Origin: Octopus bimaculoides
Taxonomy: Eukaryota
Length of the DNA: 47,288 bases
Direction of reading: 5' to 3'
Assembly (NCBI RefSeq): GCF_001194135.2
Contig: NC_068984.1
Location: 60,502,465 to 60,549,752, forward strand
Shown here: in pieces, positions 23,470 to 36,600 of the stretch
Layout of the letters: each line of letters begins with the position of its first letter
How positions within the stretch are numbered: position 1 is the stretch's first letter
The notes under the pieces: model-generated
What the model saw: the letters and a program-made list of their open reading frames with translations, nothing else
Told to the model about the DNA's origin: nothing
The model's database searches: none
Program-made: the position numbers and the translations under genes

Positions 23470-23574
23470 CTCTTTTCTGTATATTGATTTTGAAAGGATG
23501 AAAAATACTGCAACATATGCTGTTTAATAATGTAAGCTCTCTGCCACATAGTTTTCAGCTACAGAATTTCAATC

Positions 23575-23880
23575 ACAAAGTGATGCCATGTAAAAGCACC
23601 CATGTGGTACCATGTAAAAGTGCCTGTGTGGCATCACATAAAAGCACTGATGCAGTGCCACATAAAAGCACCCATGTGGTGCCATGTAAAAGTGCCCATG
23701 CAGTGCCACATAAAAGCACTCAGCACACTCTGTAAAGTGGTTGGAATTAGGAAGGGCATCCAGCTGCAGAAACCATGCCAAATCAGACTGGGGTCTGGTG
23801 AAGCTTGCCAGCTCTGCTCAAACCATCCAGTCCATGCCAGCATGGACAACGGACGTTAAATGATGATGATGATGATGATA
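23575..23880 (+). mobile_element. Retroposon family B with six 24-bp tandem units (23582-23725) and (GAT)n tail
   Basis: Unit about ggtgccatgtaaaagcacccatgt x6, then gtggttggaattaggaagggcatccagctg...ggacgttaaatgatgatgat. Confidence 0.85.
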
Positions 23881-24579
23881 GTGGCATTGATTAACCCAAA
23901 GATATAATATTAGCCATTTGCTCAAAGTGTCTGGCAGTGGAACTGAACCCAATACCATGTGGTTTTGAAGAGAACTTCACTGCACATTTATGCTAGCACC
24001 TGTTTCAAGTTTATTCATTTGATTATTATTTTTTTTTTTTTGATAATATAAAATTGCTTGTATAGCAATTTAATTAATTTAAAGCCACTTAACTCCACCT
24101 TGCTCTTTATTCCTCTTCTCTTCCTCGCCAAGGCAAATCATTCCATCTTGTGTCTTTAAAGTTATAATTACTCTGCCTAAAATTGAAACCCCACTAAAAC
24201 CTACATGCTAAAATAAAAATAAAACTAACATTAAACATCTATATTTATTAACCTTAGTACAATTATTTTTCTTATTATTACCTAACATTAATACATTTCA
24301 ATCAGTTCTTTTGTTTCAAAATCGTTGTTTTTCAACAAACTAGAAATGTACTGAGTGGAAAATTCTGTTAGTAAATTTGCATTATTGCTCTAGTAAAAAA
24401 TTATCTTTGCTTTTCAAATCCATCTCATTGTTTTACAGTTTTACTTTTTTATATATATTCTTCCTTTTTACAATTTCAATTTATTCAGAAACACTCAAAT
24501 AGAACACATATATACTCGTACACATAATACAAACAAATACATGTATATTTCAATTTATTTTGTAAAAAGAGTGCAAATA

Positions 24580-24616
<37 letters not shown>

Positions 24617-24707
24617 GTGTGTGTGTATGTACATATAAATTTATATCTGTACAGACATATATACAGATACATAGATATATCTGTGAGTATGTGTGTATGT
24701 GTGTTTT

Positions 24708-24748
<41 letters not shown>

Positions 24749-25011
24749 ATGTTTGTGTGCATTTATGTAAATTTTTGTATGTATGTNNNNNNNNNNNNNN
24801 NNNNNNNNNNNNNNNNNNNNNNNNNNNNNNNNNNNNNNNNNNNNNNNNNNNNNNNNNNNNNNNNNNNNNNNNNNNNNNNNNNNNNNNNNNNNNNNNNNNN
24901 NNNNNNNNNNNNNNNNNNNNNNNNNNNNNNNNNNNNNNNNATATATATATATATATGAAGCATGTATTCATATATACATTATATATTGATAAACATATGT
25001 ATGTGTGTGGG

Positions 25012-25048
<37 letters not shown>

Positions 25049-25555
25049 GTTTGTATGCATGCTAACACACAACACATATATACAGTTACAGACACAGTTG
25101 TAAAATTTTAACAAGTTGTGTCTTTACCATTTTACATTGTTATTTCAAAACTTTCAATAATGTTTGCTGAAGACATTTAACAAAACCTATCTTTTGTGTC
25201 ATGAATTTTAAGATCAGTCTAACAATAGTTCTGAGAAGCTATTTACCTTACAACTACTTAACGAAATTGATTTCTTGTTATGGCTCAATATTAAAAATTT
25301 ATAGGTCAAGAGGATGTGATTTTGTGACATTAATGCTTTTCTCAGGAGATACTGACTGTGAAAGGACATAACTTCAAATCGGGAATAAAAACTCCTTTCC
25401 TGAGACTCTCTGCTGGGTGCTTGCTTGTCTCTTTGTTCATTTAATAACCCTTTTGTTACTGTATTTCTGTGGAAATAAACTCACTGTTTCAATTAATTTT
25501 GAAAATAAAGAAGAATTTTATAAAATAATTTTTGCTATTATTACACTGATTTGAG

Positions 25556-26000
25556 GTAGCAAGCTGGGAGAATCGTTAGCATGTGGGCAAAATGCTCACT
25601 GGCATATTGTCCATTTTTATGTTCAGAGTTCAAATTCCGCTGTGGTCAACTTTGCTTTTCATCTATTTGGGTTCAATAAAATAAGTACCAGTTGAGTACT
25701 GGGGTTGATGTAATCAACTGACTCCCTTGCCTGAAATTGCTGGCCTTGTGCCACAACTTAAAATCATTATTAAGCTGGTTTAAGGTGGCAACCAGCTGAA
25801 TTGTTACCACGCCAGAGAAAATGCTCAGTAACATTCTTCTGACTTACATTCTGAGTTCAAAATCTACCTATGTCCACTTTGCCAGTCCTCCTTTCAAGGT
25901 TAATAAAATATGTACCAGATGAGTACTGGGGTTTGATTTAATTGACTTGCCACTTCCCTGAAAAATTTCAGGCCGTGTACCTATAATAGAAAGAATTAAT
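25556..26000 (+). mobile_element. Two tandem SINE family E copies (25556-25770, 25782-26000)
   Basis: Each has a head gagttcaaa B-box-like motif and aataaaata(a/t)gtaccag..gagtactgggg. Confidence 0.8.
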
Positions 26001-26056
26001 AAGCTGGTGTATGGAGGATAAATAAACATGGAATTTTGATCAAAGTTTTAAATTTA

Positions 26057-26946
26057 TGGGGTGGTATCAAGAAGTTCTTGGACTAGTTCTGTAGTGCACC
26101 AACAGATGGCAGCACACAGTTGTGTGTGAGTGAGAGCTAGCAGTGAACTTCATGAGGCAGTGTACTGAGTGACATCATTGTGTTTACTTCATAAGTTGTG
26201 AAATTTGTGTTTTTCTGATCATGTGTATGCTGTAGTCTACGATTTTTGTCATAGAGAGGAAGTTGGAACAAAAAGCCAATGAGAAATTTTGCATTAAACT
26301 CGGGAAGTTTGCTACAGAGACACTGAGCATTCTTTGGCAAGCTTATGGCAACAAGACAATGGGTCAAGTGGCACAGGCACTTCAAAAACAGAAGAATGTC
26401 CCTGAAAGATGATGAGCAATCCAGAAGGCCTCCCATGAGCATCGCCCCTGGAAATGTGGTATTGTGCATCAAGCATTCATTCTCCAGAGCCAGACTGTCA
26501 GTTGAGAGTTCTACTGTGATGTTTTGAAGCATTTGAGGGAGGACATTCAGCGAAAGTGACCAGATCTGTGGAGCACGAAGAATTAGATTCTTCACGACAA
26601 CAGTGAACCCTGTCACCAAGCTCTCCTCTCTCATGAGTTTCTCGCCAAAAACAACATCGTATTGCTTCTGTACCTATCCTATTCACTAGATTAGCATCTG
26701 CAGTATTCCCTCTCTTCCTTAAGATGAAAATGCAGCTCAAAGGTCATGTTTTAGTACTGTTGTTGGGATCAAGAGTGAATCACTGAAGGTCCTCAATTCA
26801 TTTACAGAAAACTATTTCCAGGCTGGATTCCAAAAGTGGCAGGAACACTGGGACTGGTGTGTTGCTGGGCAGGATGACTATTTCAAATGAGATGATGTTA
26901 AGACTTAGGTAAATAAGTTGACCTGGAACTATTTGATACCACTTTG
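26057..26946 (+). mobile_element. Internally deleted mariner element with both TIRs and TA flanks
   Basis: TA-tggggtggtatcaagaagttcttgga ... acctggaactatttgataccactttg-TA. Relic peptides: KLEQKANEKFCIKLGKFATETL..WHRHFKNRRMSLKDDEQSRRP, then directly VHQAFILQSQTV..FYCDVLKHLREDIQRK*PDLW..ILHDN..YSLD(L)AS..FLKMKMQLKG..GFQKWQEHWDWCV...DYF. Confidence 0.92.
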
Positions 26947-27199
26947 TAGAACACTTTAAAACAAGGAATTCCTATTATAGAATCCAAGGCAATCTTAGAT
27001 GAGGTTGTGTCTATATGAACATTATTATCTAAGTAATAACTCTCTGATAACAGATGAAATAGGAGTCAATGAGATGATGCCTGTCTGATCTTGCTCAGTC
27101 TGCAAGAAATAATAGTGGAATCTCCTTCAAAACACCTTCTACCAACTTAAGAAAGCACATTTTGGATAAAATAGTGCTATAAGAAAGGACTCGCTCTAT

Positions 27200-27615
27200 C
27201 TCTCTTTACTCTTTTACTTGTTTCAGTCATTTGACTGTGGCTATGCTGGAGCACCACCTTTAGTCGAGCAAATCAACCCCAGGACTTATTCTTTGTAAGG
27301 CTAGTACTTATTCTATCGGTCTCTTTTGCCGAACTGCTAAGTTACGGGGACGTAAACACACCAGCATCAGTTGTCAAGCGATGTTGGGGGGACAAACACA
27401 GATACACAAACATATACACACACATACATATATATATACATATACATATATACGACGGGCTTCTTTCAGTTTCCCTCTACCAAATCCACTCACAAGGCTT
27501 TGGTCGGCCAGAGGCTATAGTAGAAGACACTTACCCATGGTGCTATGCAGTGGGACTGAACCCGGAACCATGTGGTTGGTAAGCAAGCTACTTACCTCGC
27601 AACCGCTCCTGCGAC
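27200..27615 (-). mobile_element. Full-length, well-preserved SINE family A
   Basis: Reverse complement aligns end to end with 44064-44446; CpGs retained. Confidence 0.92.
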
Positions 27616-28029
27616 TGTTTATATGTGCCTGGCTTGTTTCTTATAAGTTTTGTTTGGTATTATATGCTGCAGGTAACCTTTATGGATGGTAGGTATCAAA
27701 GTTCAAGTTCAACTATTTTCTGCTGAATGTGAGCTTGTGATACAATCCATCAGTCCATATGGCCCTCTAGTCCTAGTAGGGCCATATGAGTGGAGTCTGG
27801 AACCATGTGATTGGGAAGCAAGCTTCTTACCACACATCTATGCCTGTGCATATTAATTACCTTGTATTCTTTTTGGTGAATTTACTGAGGTTTCTTTTCA
27901 AAGTTAAAGTTTGAGAGTTATTGTTTAGCACCCATCCCAAGGTCAGCTCTGATTGAGAAAACCTATGAGGAAATAGCATTTCCAGCCTTAACCATTTTGT
28001 CCCTTAAAAGGTATCGCAGACTGTATGGT

Positions 28030-28640
28030 CCAACCTTCTCTCTCTCTCTCTCTCTCTCTGTCAGTTTGTCTGCCTGTCTGTCTATCTCTTTGTCTGTCTG
28101 TGGATTTGTCTTTCAGCCTATCTTCCTGTCTGTCTGTCAGTTTGTCTGTCTTCCTATCTTTCTGTCTTCTTGTCTTCCTATCTGTGTGTATGTCTCTCTC
28201 TCCCTCTCCCTCTCTCCGTATCCCCCTCTCTCCCTCTCCCTCTCCCTCTCTCCCTCTCTTCCTCTCTGTCTCTCCCTCTCTCCCTCTNNNNNNNNNNNNN
28301 NNNNNNNNNNNNNNNNNNNNNNNNNNNNNNNNNNNNNNNNNNNNNNNNNNNNNNNNNNNNNNNNNNNNNNNNNNNNNNNNNNNNNNNNNNNNNNNNNNNN
28401 NNNNNNNNNNNNNNNNNNNNNNNNNNNNNNNNNNNNNNNNNNNNNNNNNNNNNNNNNNNNNNNNNNNNNNNNNNNNNNNNNNNNNNNNNNNNNNNNTCTC
28501 TCCCTCTCTTCCTCTCTGTCTCTCCCTCTCTCCCTCTCTTCCTCTCTGTCTCTCCCTCTCTCCCTCTTCCTCTCTTCCTCTCTGTCTCTCCCTCTCTGTC
28601 TCTCCCTCTCTGCCCCTCTCCTCTCCCTCCCTCTCTCTCT
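28030..28640. repeat. CT-rich compound simple repeat with an about 32-bp higher-order unit, interrupted by a gap
   Basis: ctctcttcctctctgtctctccctctctccc-type units on both sides of the N run. Confidence 0.85.
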
Positions 28641-29237
28641 TTTCTAACTTCCAAGGCAATAAAGTTTAATTTGAGATAGTTTAACTACCATTCCCAGACT
28701 GTTGTACATCCACATAGTGGTTTGACAGTTAAATATCTTACTTTGGTATAGGTAATGGAATCTGAACTCTTGGAACTTTGGCCAATAATCTGACATTGTA
28801 CAGACTGAGGAAGAAGGCCAGCTGTGACTATCTTTCATATATATTTGTGTGTGTGTGTAACAAGTCAATATTTCAGAAAACTGGATTAGCCTCCTGAACA
28901 ATTTCAATAACTCCACAAAATCACTCAAGTGAAGCAGCTTCTACACAAATTTACTGGAAGGAAATCTAGTGAAAAAGCCATAAGACATAAAAGCAATTCT
29001 AATATTTCAAGAATCTTCAAGAGACTCTTAAATATTTCGGTAAATTCTCCAAAATTGCAGAGTAAATCTCAGTTCTGCATTTTTAGTATAACACACACAT
29101 ATATTGGCAAATGATATAAATGTACATAGGCCATTATATATAAATAAACACAGTCACACACAGATGTAATCACACATGTGTATATGCACATGAATATGTG
29201 TCTAAGGAATGAAAGAAAGTGTGAGAGAGACAGGAGG

Positions 29238-29290
<53 letters not shown>

Positions 29291-30429
29291 GGTTGGGGAG
29301 AAGATATAGTTTCAGTTATGAACATTGTTATGTACCTTTTCATAAATTCATGTTTGTAAGAATGTCTTCCATACTATACATGTGTTATGCATGTGTCAGA
29401 ACATGCATCCATGCTTACATATCTGTACACATGTATATTACACATGTGTGCCTGGTGCGTTTGTGTATGTGTACACATACATGTCTTTACATACATACAC
29501 ACATAAAATATATATATTTATATATATATATATATATATATATNNNNNNNNNNNNNNNNNNNNNNNNNNNNNNNNNNNNNNNNNNNNNNNNNNNNNNNNN
29601 NNNNNNNNNNNNNNNNNNNNNNNNNNNNNNNNNNNNNNNNNNNNNNNNNNNNNNNNNNNNNNNNNNNNNNNNNNNNNNNNNNNNNNNNNNNNNNNNNNNN
29701 NNNNNNNNNNNNNNNNNNNNNNNNNNNNNNNNNNNNNNNNNATATATATGTATATAGATACATAATACAGATTTAAATATATATGTCTGTTTTCTCTTCT
29801 TCCTCTCTCTGTGTATGTATTTAGATTGTACAGCATGTATATAGGTCATACGTGAATGTAAATTACTATTGGTTGTGGGTGGTGTAGGTTACTATTGTAT
29901 GCAGTTATGGAACAAACATTTGGAATGCTTCTTAATAAACCAGTATTTGCTTTTGTTATTGTTTTAGTATCTATTTTTCTCTTCTTTTTTTGTCCTTTTG
30001 GTCTCTGGAAGTGAGACTTCTTATCTTTTGAGGCAGAAATAAAGATTAAGAAACTTTGTCAGGTAAATAACAATCTGAAACATTTAATTTTTAATCTTAA
30101 TCTCTATCTCAAGTAAGAAGTCTTCTAGAAATCAGATGAAAAATTTCATTATGTTCAAAAGACTGGTGCATTATGTGATGCTACTTGTATAAATAAACCA
30201 AGCATTGATGCTCATATGATCTTCCTGGTTTTCTGCATTTGTGTTTATGTTGTTATACATGTAGGATATATAAAGCATTCATGTGTCTGTTTACAAGTAC
30301 CATAGATAGAATACTGGTAAGCACCTGGTAAGCCAAGACAGTGGTGTATGTTTGATTCCTGGTTGAGTAATTTCACTCAGTCATTAATCCTTTGAATTCT
30401 CAGTTTTGTGCATCTGAATATTATATAGT

Positions 30430-30643
30430 GATTTCAAATGTTGGCACAAGGCCAATAATTTTGTGGGAGGTAGGTAAGTTGATTACATTTATCCCAGTGC
30501 TTAACTAGTACTCATTTTATTGTATCTAAAAGGATGAATAACAAAGTTGACCCTGGTAGAATTTGAACTCAGAACATGAAACCAGATGAAACACTGCTAA
30601 GCATTTCACCAAGCATGCTAATGATTCTACCAGCTTGCTGCCT
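30430..30643 (-). mobile_element. SINE family E
   Basis: tttcaaatgttggcacaaggcc...gaatttgaactcag...gctaatgattctaccagcttgctgcc. Confidence 0.8.
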
Positions 30644-30880
30644 TAATTTGTGTATATATATATTATTATATATGTAAGATGTATATGTTTATTTGTGTGT
30701 GTATACTGCCAGTATTGTTAAGGTGTGTATCTCATTGAGGATATATTCATGAGTTCAAGCCCTATCATTTCTTCAGTTTTATAATCAATTTTGTTATTGC
30801 CAATGAGGGCAGAAGAACAGTGCTTTGGCAGAATCATTAGAACATTGGACAAAATGCTTTGCAATATTTGCTCTGGTCAA

Positions 30881-31100
30881 GGGTGACAAGCTGGCAGAAT
30901 CATTAACATGTTAGGAAAAATGCTTAGCAACCACTTGTTCCTCTGTATGTTCTGGGTTGAAATTCTGCTGAGGTCAACTTTGCCCTTCATCCTTTTGGTG
31001 GGGGTCGATAAAATAACCACCAGTTGATCAGTAGGGTTGATGTAATTGACTTACACCCACCTCTTAAATTGATGGACTTGTTCCAAAATTTGAAGCCAAT
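30881..31100 (+). mobile_element. SINE family E (extra partial head at about 30820-30870)
   Basis: gggtgacaagctggcagaatcatt...ctgaggtcaactttgcccttcatcc..ggggtcgataaaataa...ccaaaatttgaagcc. Confidence 0.8.
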
Positions 31101-32662
31101 ATTTGCTATGGTTCTTTACATTCTTAAATCCCACTGAGGTAACTGTTGCCATTCAAGCTTTCAGGCTCAATAAAAGGAAGTACCAGTCCAGATCAGGGGA
31201 ATTATCAGAGTGCAGAACAAAAAGCCTCATGGCTTTTGTTCCCATTCTTTATATTTTACAATCCGAATGTGCCTGTGATGACTGTTGTCAAATTGTATAC
31301 ACCTTTGTATTTCCCTTGCACAATGTCAGTGGTATACTGAGGTGATATTTTCTGCATGGGCCATTGATGGCCTTCCATAAAAGGATAAAAGAAAAACGGC
31401 TTGGTGTGGCCTTTACCTTGAAGACTAATGACTGGTGCAAATATGAGGTCATCCCTAACAGAAACCTTAAGGAAGACAATGGATTGCAGAATTTAATAAA
31501 CCATGAAAAAGCTTTCTTAAATGCAGGAAATAACAGCCAAATCTACTGCAAATTATCACAAATAAAATTGATCTACTAAAAACAAAAAAAGGGATGAGTT
31601 GGATAATGTGGTTCCTAGATTCCTGTACACTGGAAAAAGATGGGTTAGTCATGGTTGCTATGCTTTTGGTCATAGTTCTGCTTGATAAGAACTAAACTCA
31701 GGCTAAACAGCAACAGCATAAACAACAATACACCAACAACTCTTGTTGAATTCCCTAAAATACAGAATCAGTAAAATTTAATGCGTTCATACTTGAGTAT
31801 GACAACAGCACATTCTTTAAAATGAAACTAAAGAAGTCAATGACATATTCCAGCTTCGGGCATCTAGAAGGCTCTAACTACAAATAGCATTCTATTCTTT
31901 ACAATGTAATTTAGAAGTTGGCAAATAAACTAACTAACTAAAAACATGCAGAGCCGAGATTATCCAGAGCTCTGCATATATTCTATTGTTATTTTTCAAA
32001 ACAAAACAGACAGGAAATAAAGTATATATATAAATAAACATCTCTATTCCTTGAGAAAATTTTGATTTTTGCTACTGCAGGCTGTTTTTAATAGGAATAC
32101 CTTTTGTCTGTGTTGTTCTTCATAATTTTTTCTAATATTTTTTTCTTGTTAAGTTCTTTTTTTGTGTGTGTTTTGTAACATCTGTGTGATATTGGAATAT
32201 TTCCTGTGTATATTAATATTATTTTGTTGTCTACTGTCATAAGAAAACAGGCTGCCACAAGTTAGTTCCATTATCTTGTCAATGATATACCCCGAAGCCT
32301 TGTATTCAATCTTGAAGCTGACTGAAGCATCAACTGAGGTCTTCTCTAATATATTGGCTCTCAATCAATAGTTTTCAGTTCATTTTTATTTTGGGAAAAT
32401 TAAATATGTTTCACATGGATATTCATTTATTCACTTTTTGTTGCATCTGTAAGGTGTGCAGACAGGTATATGCATAAGGAATGTGTATGTATGTATATAT
32501 GTGTGTGTATGTATGTATATGTATGTGTGCATGTATATATATATATATATATATATATAAGACACAAATATATTTATATATACATATATATCTATTATAT
32601 CAATATATCTATATCTACCTATCTATCTCATATATATGTATATCTACATATGTTTGTGTGTT

Positions 32663-32717
<55 letters not shown>

Positions 32718-32891
32718 NNNNNNNNNNNNNNNNNNNNNNNNNNNNNNNNNNNNNNNNNNNNNNNNNNNNNNNNNNNNNNNNNNNNNNNNNNNNNNNNNNN
32801 NNNNNNNNNNNNNNNNNNNNNNNNNNNNNNNNNNNNNNNNNNNNNNNNNNNNNNNNNNNNNNNNNNNNNNNNNNNNNNNNNNGATATATAC

Positions 32892-32932
<41 letters not shown>

Positions 32933-33311
32933 TATGAGTTAGAGGTTATGCAACTGTCTGAGGGATAAATTCATCTATAGGCATTACTGGTGTATTAATC
33001 TTTTCTTATCTGTATATACATATATTTACTTGTTATTGATAATCGGTAGAAGTTACTGAATGATGTAAGGGATAAGAGTTTTGTGTATTGGCACATAAGC
33101 TAATCAAACTTTAATAAGTATCCATGCATGAAACTTTCGACTTTTGAGTCACTCTGGAACTTCTGTCAAGTATTAATAATAATGAAATATATATATATAT
33201 ATATGTATTACTCATAATTTGTGTTCTATTTCTTGTTTGTATCACCTAAGCTATTCCCTCTCTCTCTCTCTTTCAGAGAGAGGCACAAGCACATACACAG
33301 ACATATACACA

Positions 33312-33470
33312 CACGGCAGTAACCTCCGCCTACCAAATTCAATGACAAAGCTTCGGTTGGCTCGGGGCTATAGCAGAAGACACTTGCCCAAGGTGCCAAG
33401 TGGCGGGACTGAACCCGAAACCATGTAGCTGGGAAGCAAGCTTCCTAACCACACAGCCATGCCCGCGCCT
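33312..33470 (-). mobile_element. SINE family A-related 5' half
   Basis: gaagacacttgcccaaggtgcc...gggactgaacccgaaaccatg...accacacagccatgcccgcgccta. Confidence 0.85.
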
Positions 33471-33826
33471 ACAAAAAGTATATATACATATGCGCAGCAC
33501 TATTCGTGTGGCAAGTTTTCTACAGCCGGATGCCCTTCCTGCTGCCAACCCCCACCTGTTGCCAAATGAGGTTTCAAAAAGGATCAAGGGCAGTTTCCTG
33601 GATTCTCTGGCATATGTATTCCCTTCACTGGATGGGATGCCAGTTCATCACTGGATTACTCATTTTTGCCAACTGAATGAATGAGAGCAACATGAAGTGA
33701 AGTATTTTTCTTGAAAGTACTTCATTTCAAGCTCAAAAATGTAAACATTCCTTTACATACAATGTATTTTCTTGTTTCCATGAGCAGTATCTCTTAATTT
33801 ACACCCTCCCCATGCTCTCTCACTCG

Positions 33827-33898
<72 letters not shown>

Positions 33899-34738
33899 NN
33901 NNNNNNNNNNNNNNNNNNNNNNNNNNNNNNNNNNNNNNNNNNNNNNNNNNNNNNNNNNNNNNNNNNNNNNNNNNNNNNNNNNNNNNNNNNNNNNNNNNNN
34001 NNNNNNNNNNNNNNNNNNNNNNNNNNNNNNNNNNNNNNNNNNNNNNNNNNNNNNNNNNNNNNNNNNNNNNNNNNNNNNNNNNNNNNNNNNNNNNNNNNNN
34101 NNNNNNNNNNNNNNNNNNNNNNNNNNNNNNNNNNNNNNNNNNNNNNNNNNNNNNNNNNNNNNNNNNNNNNNNNNNNNNNNNNNNNNNNNNNNNNNNNNNN
34201 NNNNNNNNNNNNNNNNNNNNNNNNNNNNNNNNNNNNNNNNNNNNNNNNNNNNNNNNNNNNNNNNNNNNNNNNNNNNNNNNNNNNNNNNNNNNNNNNNNNN
34301 NNNNNNNNNNNNNNNNNNNNNNNNNNNNNNNNNNNNNNNNNNNNNNNNNNNNNNNNNNNNNNNNNNNNNNNNNNNNNNNNNNNNNNNNNNNNNNNNNNNN
34401 NNNNNNNNNNNNNNNNNNNNNNNNNNNNNNNNNNNNNNNNNNNNNNNNNNNNNNNNNNNNNNNNNNNNNNNNNNNNNNNNNNNNNNNNNNNNNNNNNNNN
34501 NNNNNNNNNNNNNNNNNNNNNNNNNNNNNNNNNNNNNNNNNNNNNNNNNNNNNNNNNNNNNNNNNNNNNNNNNNNNNNNNNNNNNNNNNNNNNNNNNNNN
34601 NNNNNNNNNNNNNNNNNNNNNNNNNNNNNNNNNNNNNNNNNNNNNNNNNNNNNNNNNNNNNNNNNNNNNNNNNNNNNNNNNNNNNNNNNNNNNACCTTGG
34701 TTCTTTTCCCTAAAACTATATATTTATATATATATATA

Positions 34739-34888
34739 CCGGAGTAAGCACATGAAATGCGCAACAAGGTGGAAAAAAGAGTACTCAAATACCAGAGGTA
34801 GAGTAATATACTTTATTTAAAAGCAGCAGAAATATAACACATACACGTTTTTTTTGTTATATTTCTGCTGCTTTTAAATAAAGTATAT
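34739..34888. mobile_element. Short PLE-terminus-like insertion in (TA)n with a perfect 33-bp fold-back
   Basis: Present in the 34698-35002 copy and absent from 3773-3906. Arms 34806-34838 and 34856-34888 (atatactttatttaaaagcagcagaaatataac and its reverse complement). PLE identity is recalled, not shown by protein homology. Confidence 0.65.
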
Positions 34889-35404
34889 ATATATATATAT
34901 ATATATATTTTATACTGTGAAACTTAATTTAATTTAAATTTTTAATAAATTGATTTTAATTGAGTTTTTACCTGTAATTTTGGATTTTTATCCCTAATAT
35001 TATATATATATATACATATATATATGTTGGTACAAACAGGAAAAATAGAACCCAAAATATGAGTATATGTATATTTTTATTAATATTTAGCAGAAGCAAC
35101 AGAGTGATTCAAAATCTGAGAGTTTTCTGCATTGTCACTTATCAAACTAGTTATCTTTTCTCTTTTTCTTTTGTGTGCCAAATAAACACATGCACTATGT
35201 ACTCATTCTTCACTTCAGTTTTAGTATTATTCATATTTTAGTGTCCTTCATTTGAAACCTTTTGTCACGTCCTATGACCTCTTCAGCAACTCTTCATCCC
35301 ATGTGTTTCCTCCTGTCCTGTTTAGTTCATTCCGTCTGATTCACATCAGGAATATGTGTGCATGTATATGTGTGTGCGTATATATATATGTGTGTGTGTG
35401 TTGA

Positions 35405-35920
35405 AGTTTACAGAAAACAAAAGATGAAGACAGGTGTATACACAACAAACAAGTGTATTAGTTTAATGCTTGGGAAGGTGAGAAAGTCTTTTATGTTTCG
35501 AGCCTATGCTCTTCAACAGAAAGGAACATGAAGAAATAAACAGAGAAAGAATAAAAACTTTTGTAGCTAGTGGTCAATCATGGCAGCTGGCTGGACAGAG
35601 GTAGTTAGACAGGAGAGCTAGGAAGATGGGGAGATAATGAAGTATTGGTGATCCCAAAATGAAGGTGCACATGCTTGTATATGTGAGAGTGTGTGTATGC
35701 ATGTGGATCGTGGCAGATGACTTTGATGTGTGGACGTGTGCATGTAAGTGTGTGCTTTTGTAAGGGGTGGGTGTGGATGATGGTGTGGGTGCTGGGAAGT
35801 GGTCAGTGCTTGTGTATGTGGGGTGGTGTGATGTGGTATGTGGTATGGTGTGGGGATGCATGGGTGGGATGTGTAGGGATGGAAAGGGTAATGATGAAGA
35901 GAGAAGGTGGGTAGGAGTAA
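35405..35920 (-). mobile_element. PLE pseudo-LTR/3' fragment with minimal hammerhead-like motif (35481-35524)
   Basis: Reverse complement cttt-ctgttga-a-gagc-atag-gctc-gaaacata-aaag; inserted in a TA/TG microsatellite; extent beyond 35580 inferred from composition. Confidence 0.6.
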
Positions 35921-36173
35921 AGAAAAGTAGGTGTGAGCATATCTACAAATGTTTCATTAAGATATACCATGAAATCCATTTATCTGTTTTATTATTATAT
36001 TACACCATGCTTAAAGTTTCATTTAACTTTGGCTACTCTTGGATTTGGGGAATATCAAATAACAGTGAACTTCACTTTATTGATGTCTCCTTTGCTAAAT
36101 GAATGGATTGTTTTATCTCTTGTGCATCAGTTCAGTTTTGATCTGTCTCATTTTATTTAGTAGATCTGTATTA

Positions 36174-36600
<427 letters not shown>

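Noticed and set aside
23582-23725. CRISPR-like periodic 24-bp repeat
   Set aside because: Units are contiguous with no unique spacers, sit inside a eukaryotic retroposon, and no cas genes are present.
31140-31600. Protein-like ORFs possibly from a non-LTR retrotransposon C-terminus
   Set aside because: No motif could be matched convincingly by eye; needs BLASTX.
32149-32364. 71-aa ORF (LEKTSVDASVSFKIEYKASGYIIDKIMELTCGSLF) as a host exon
   Set aside because: No good splice-site pair on either strand and no recognisable family.
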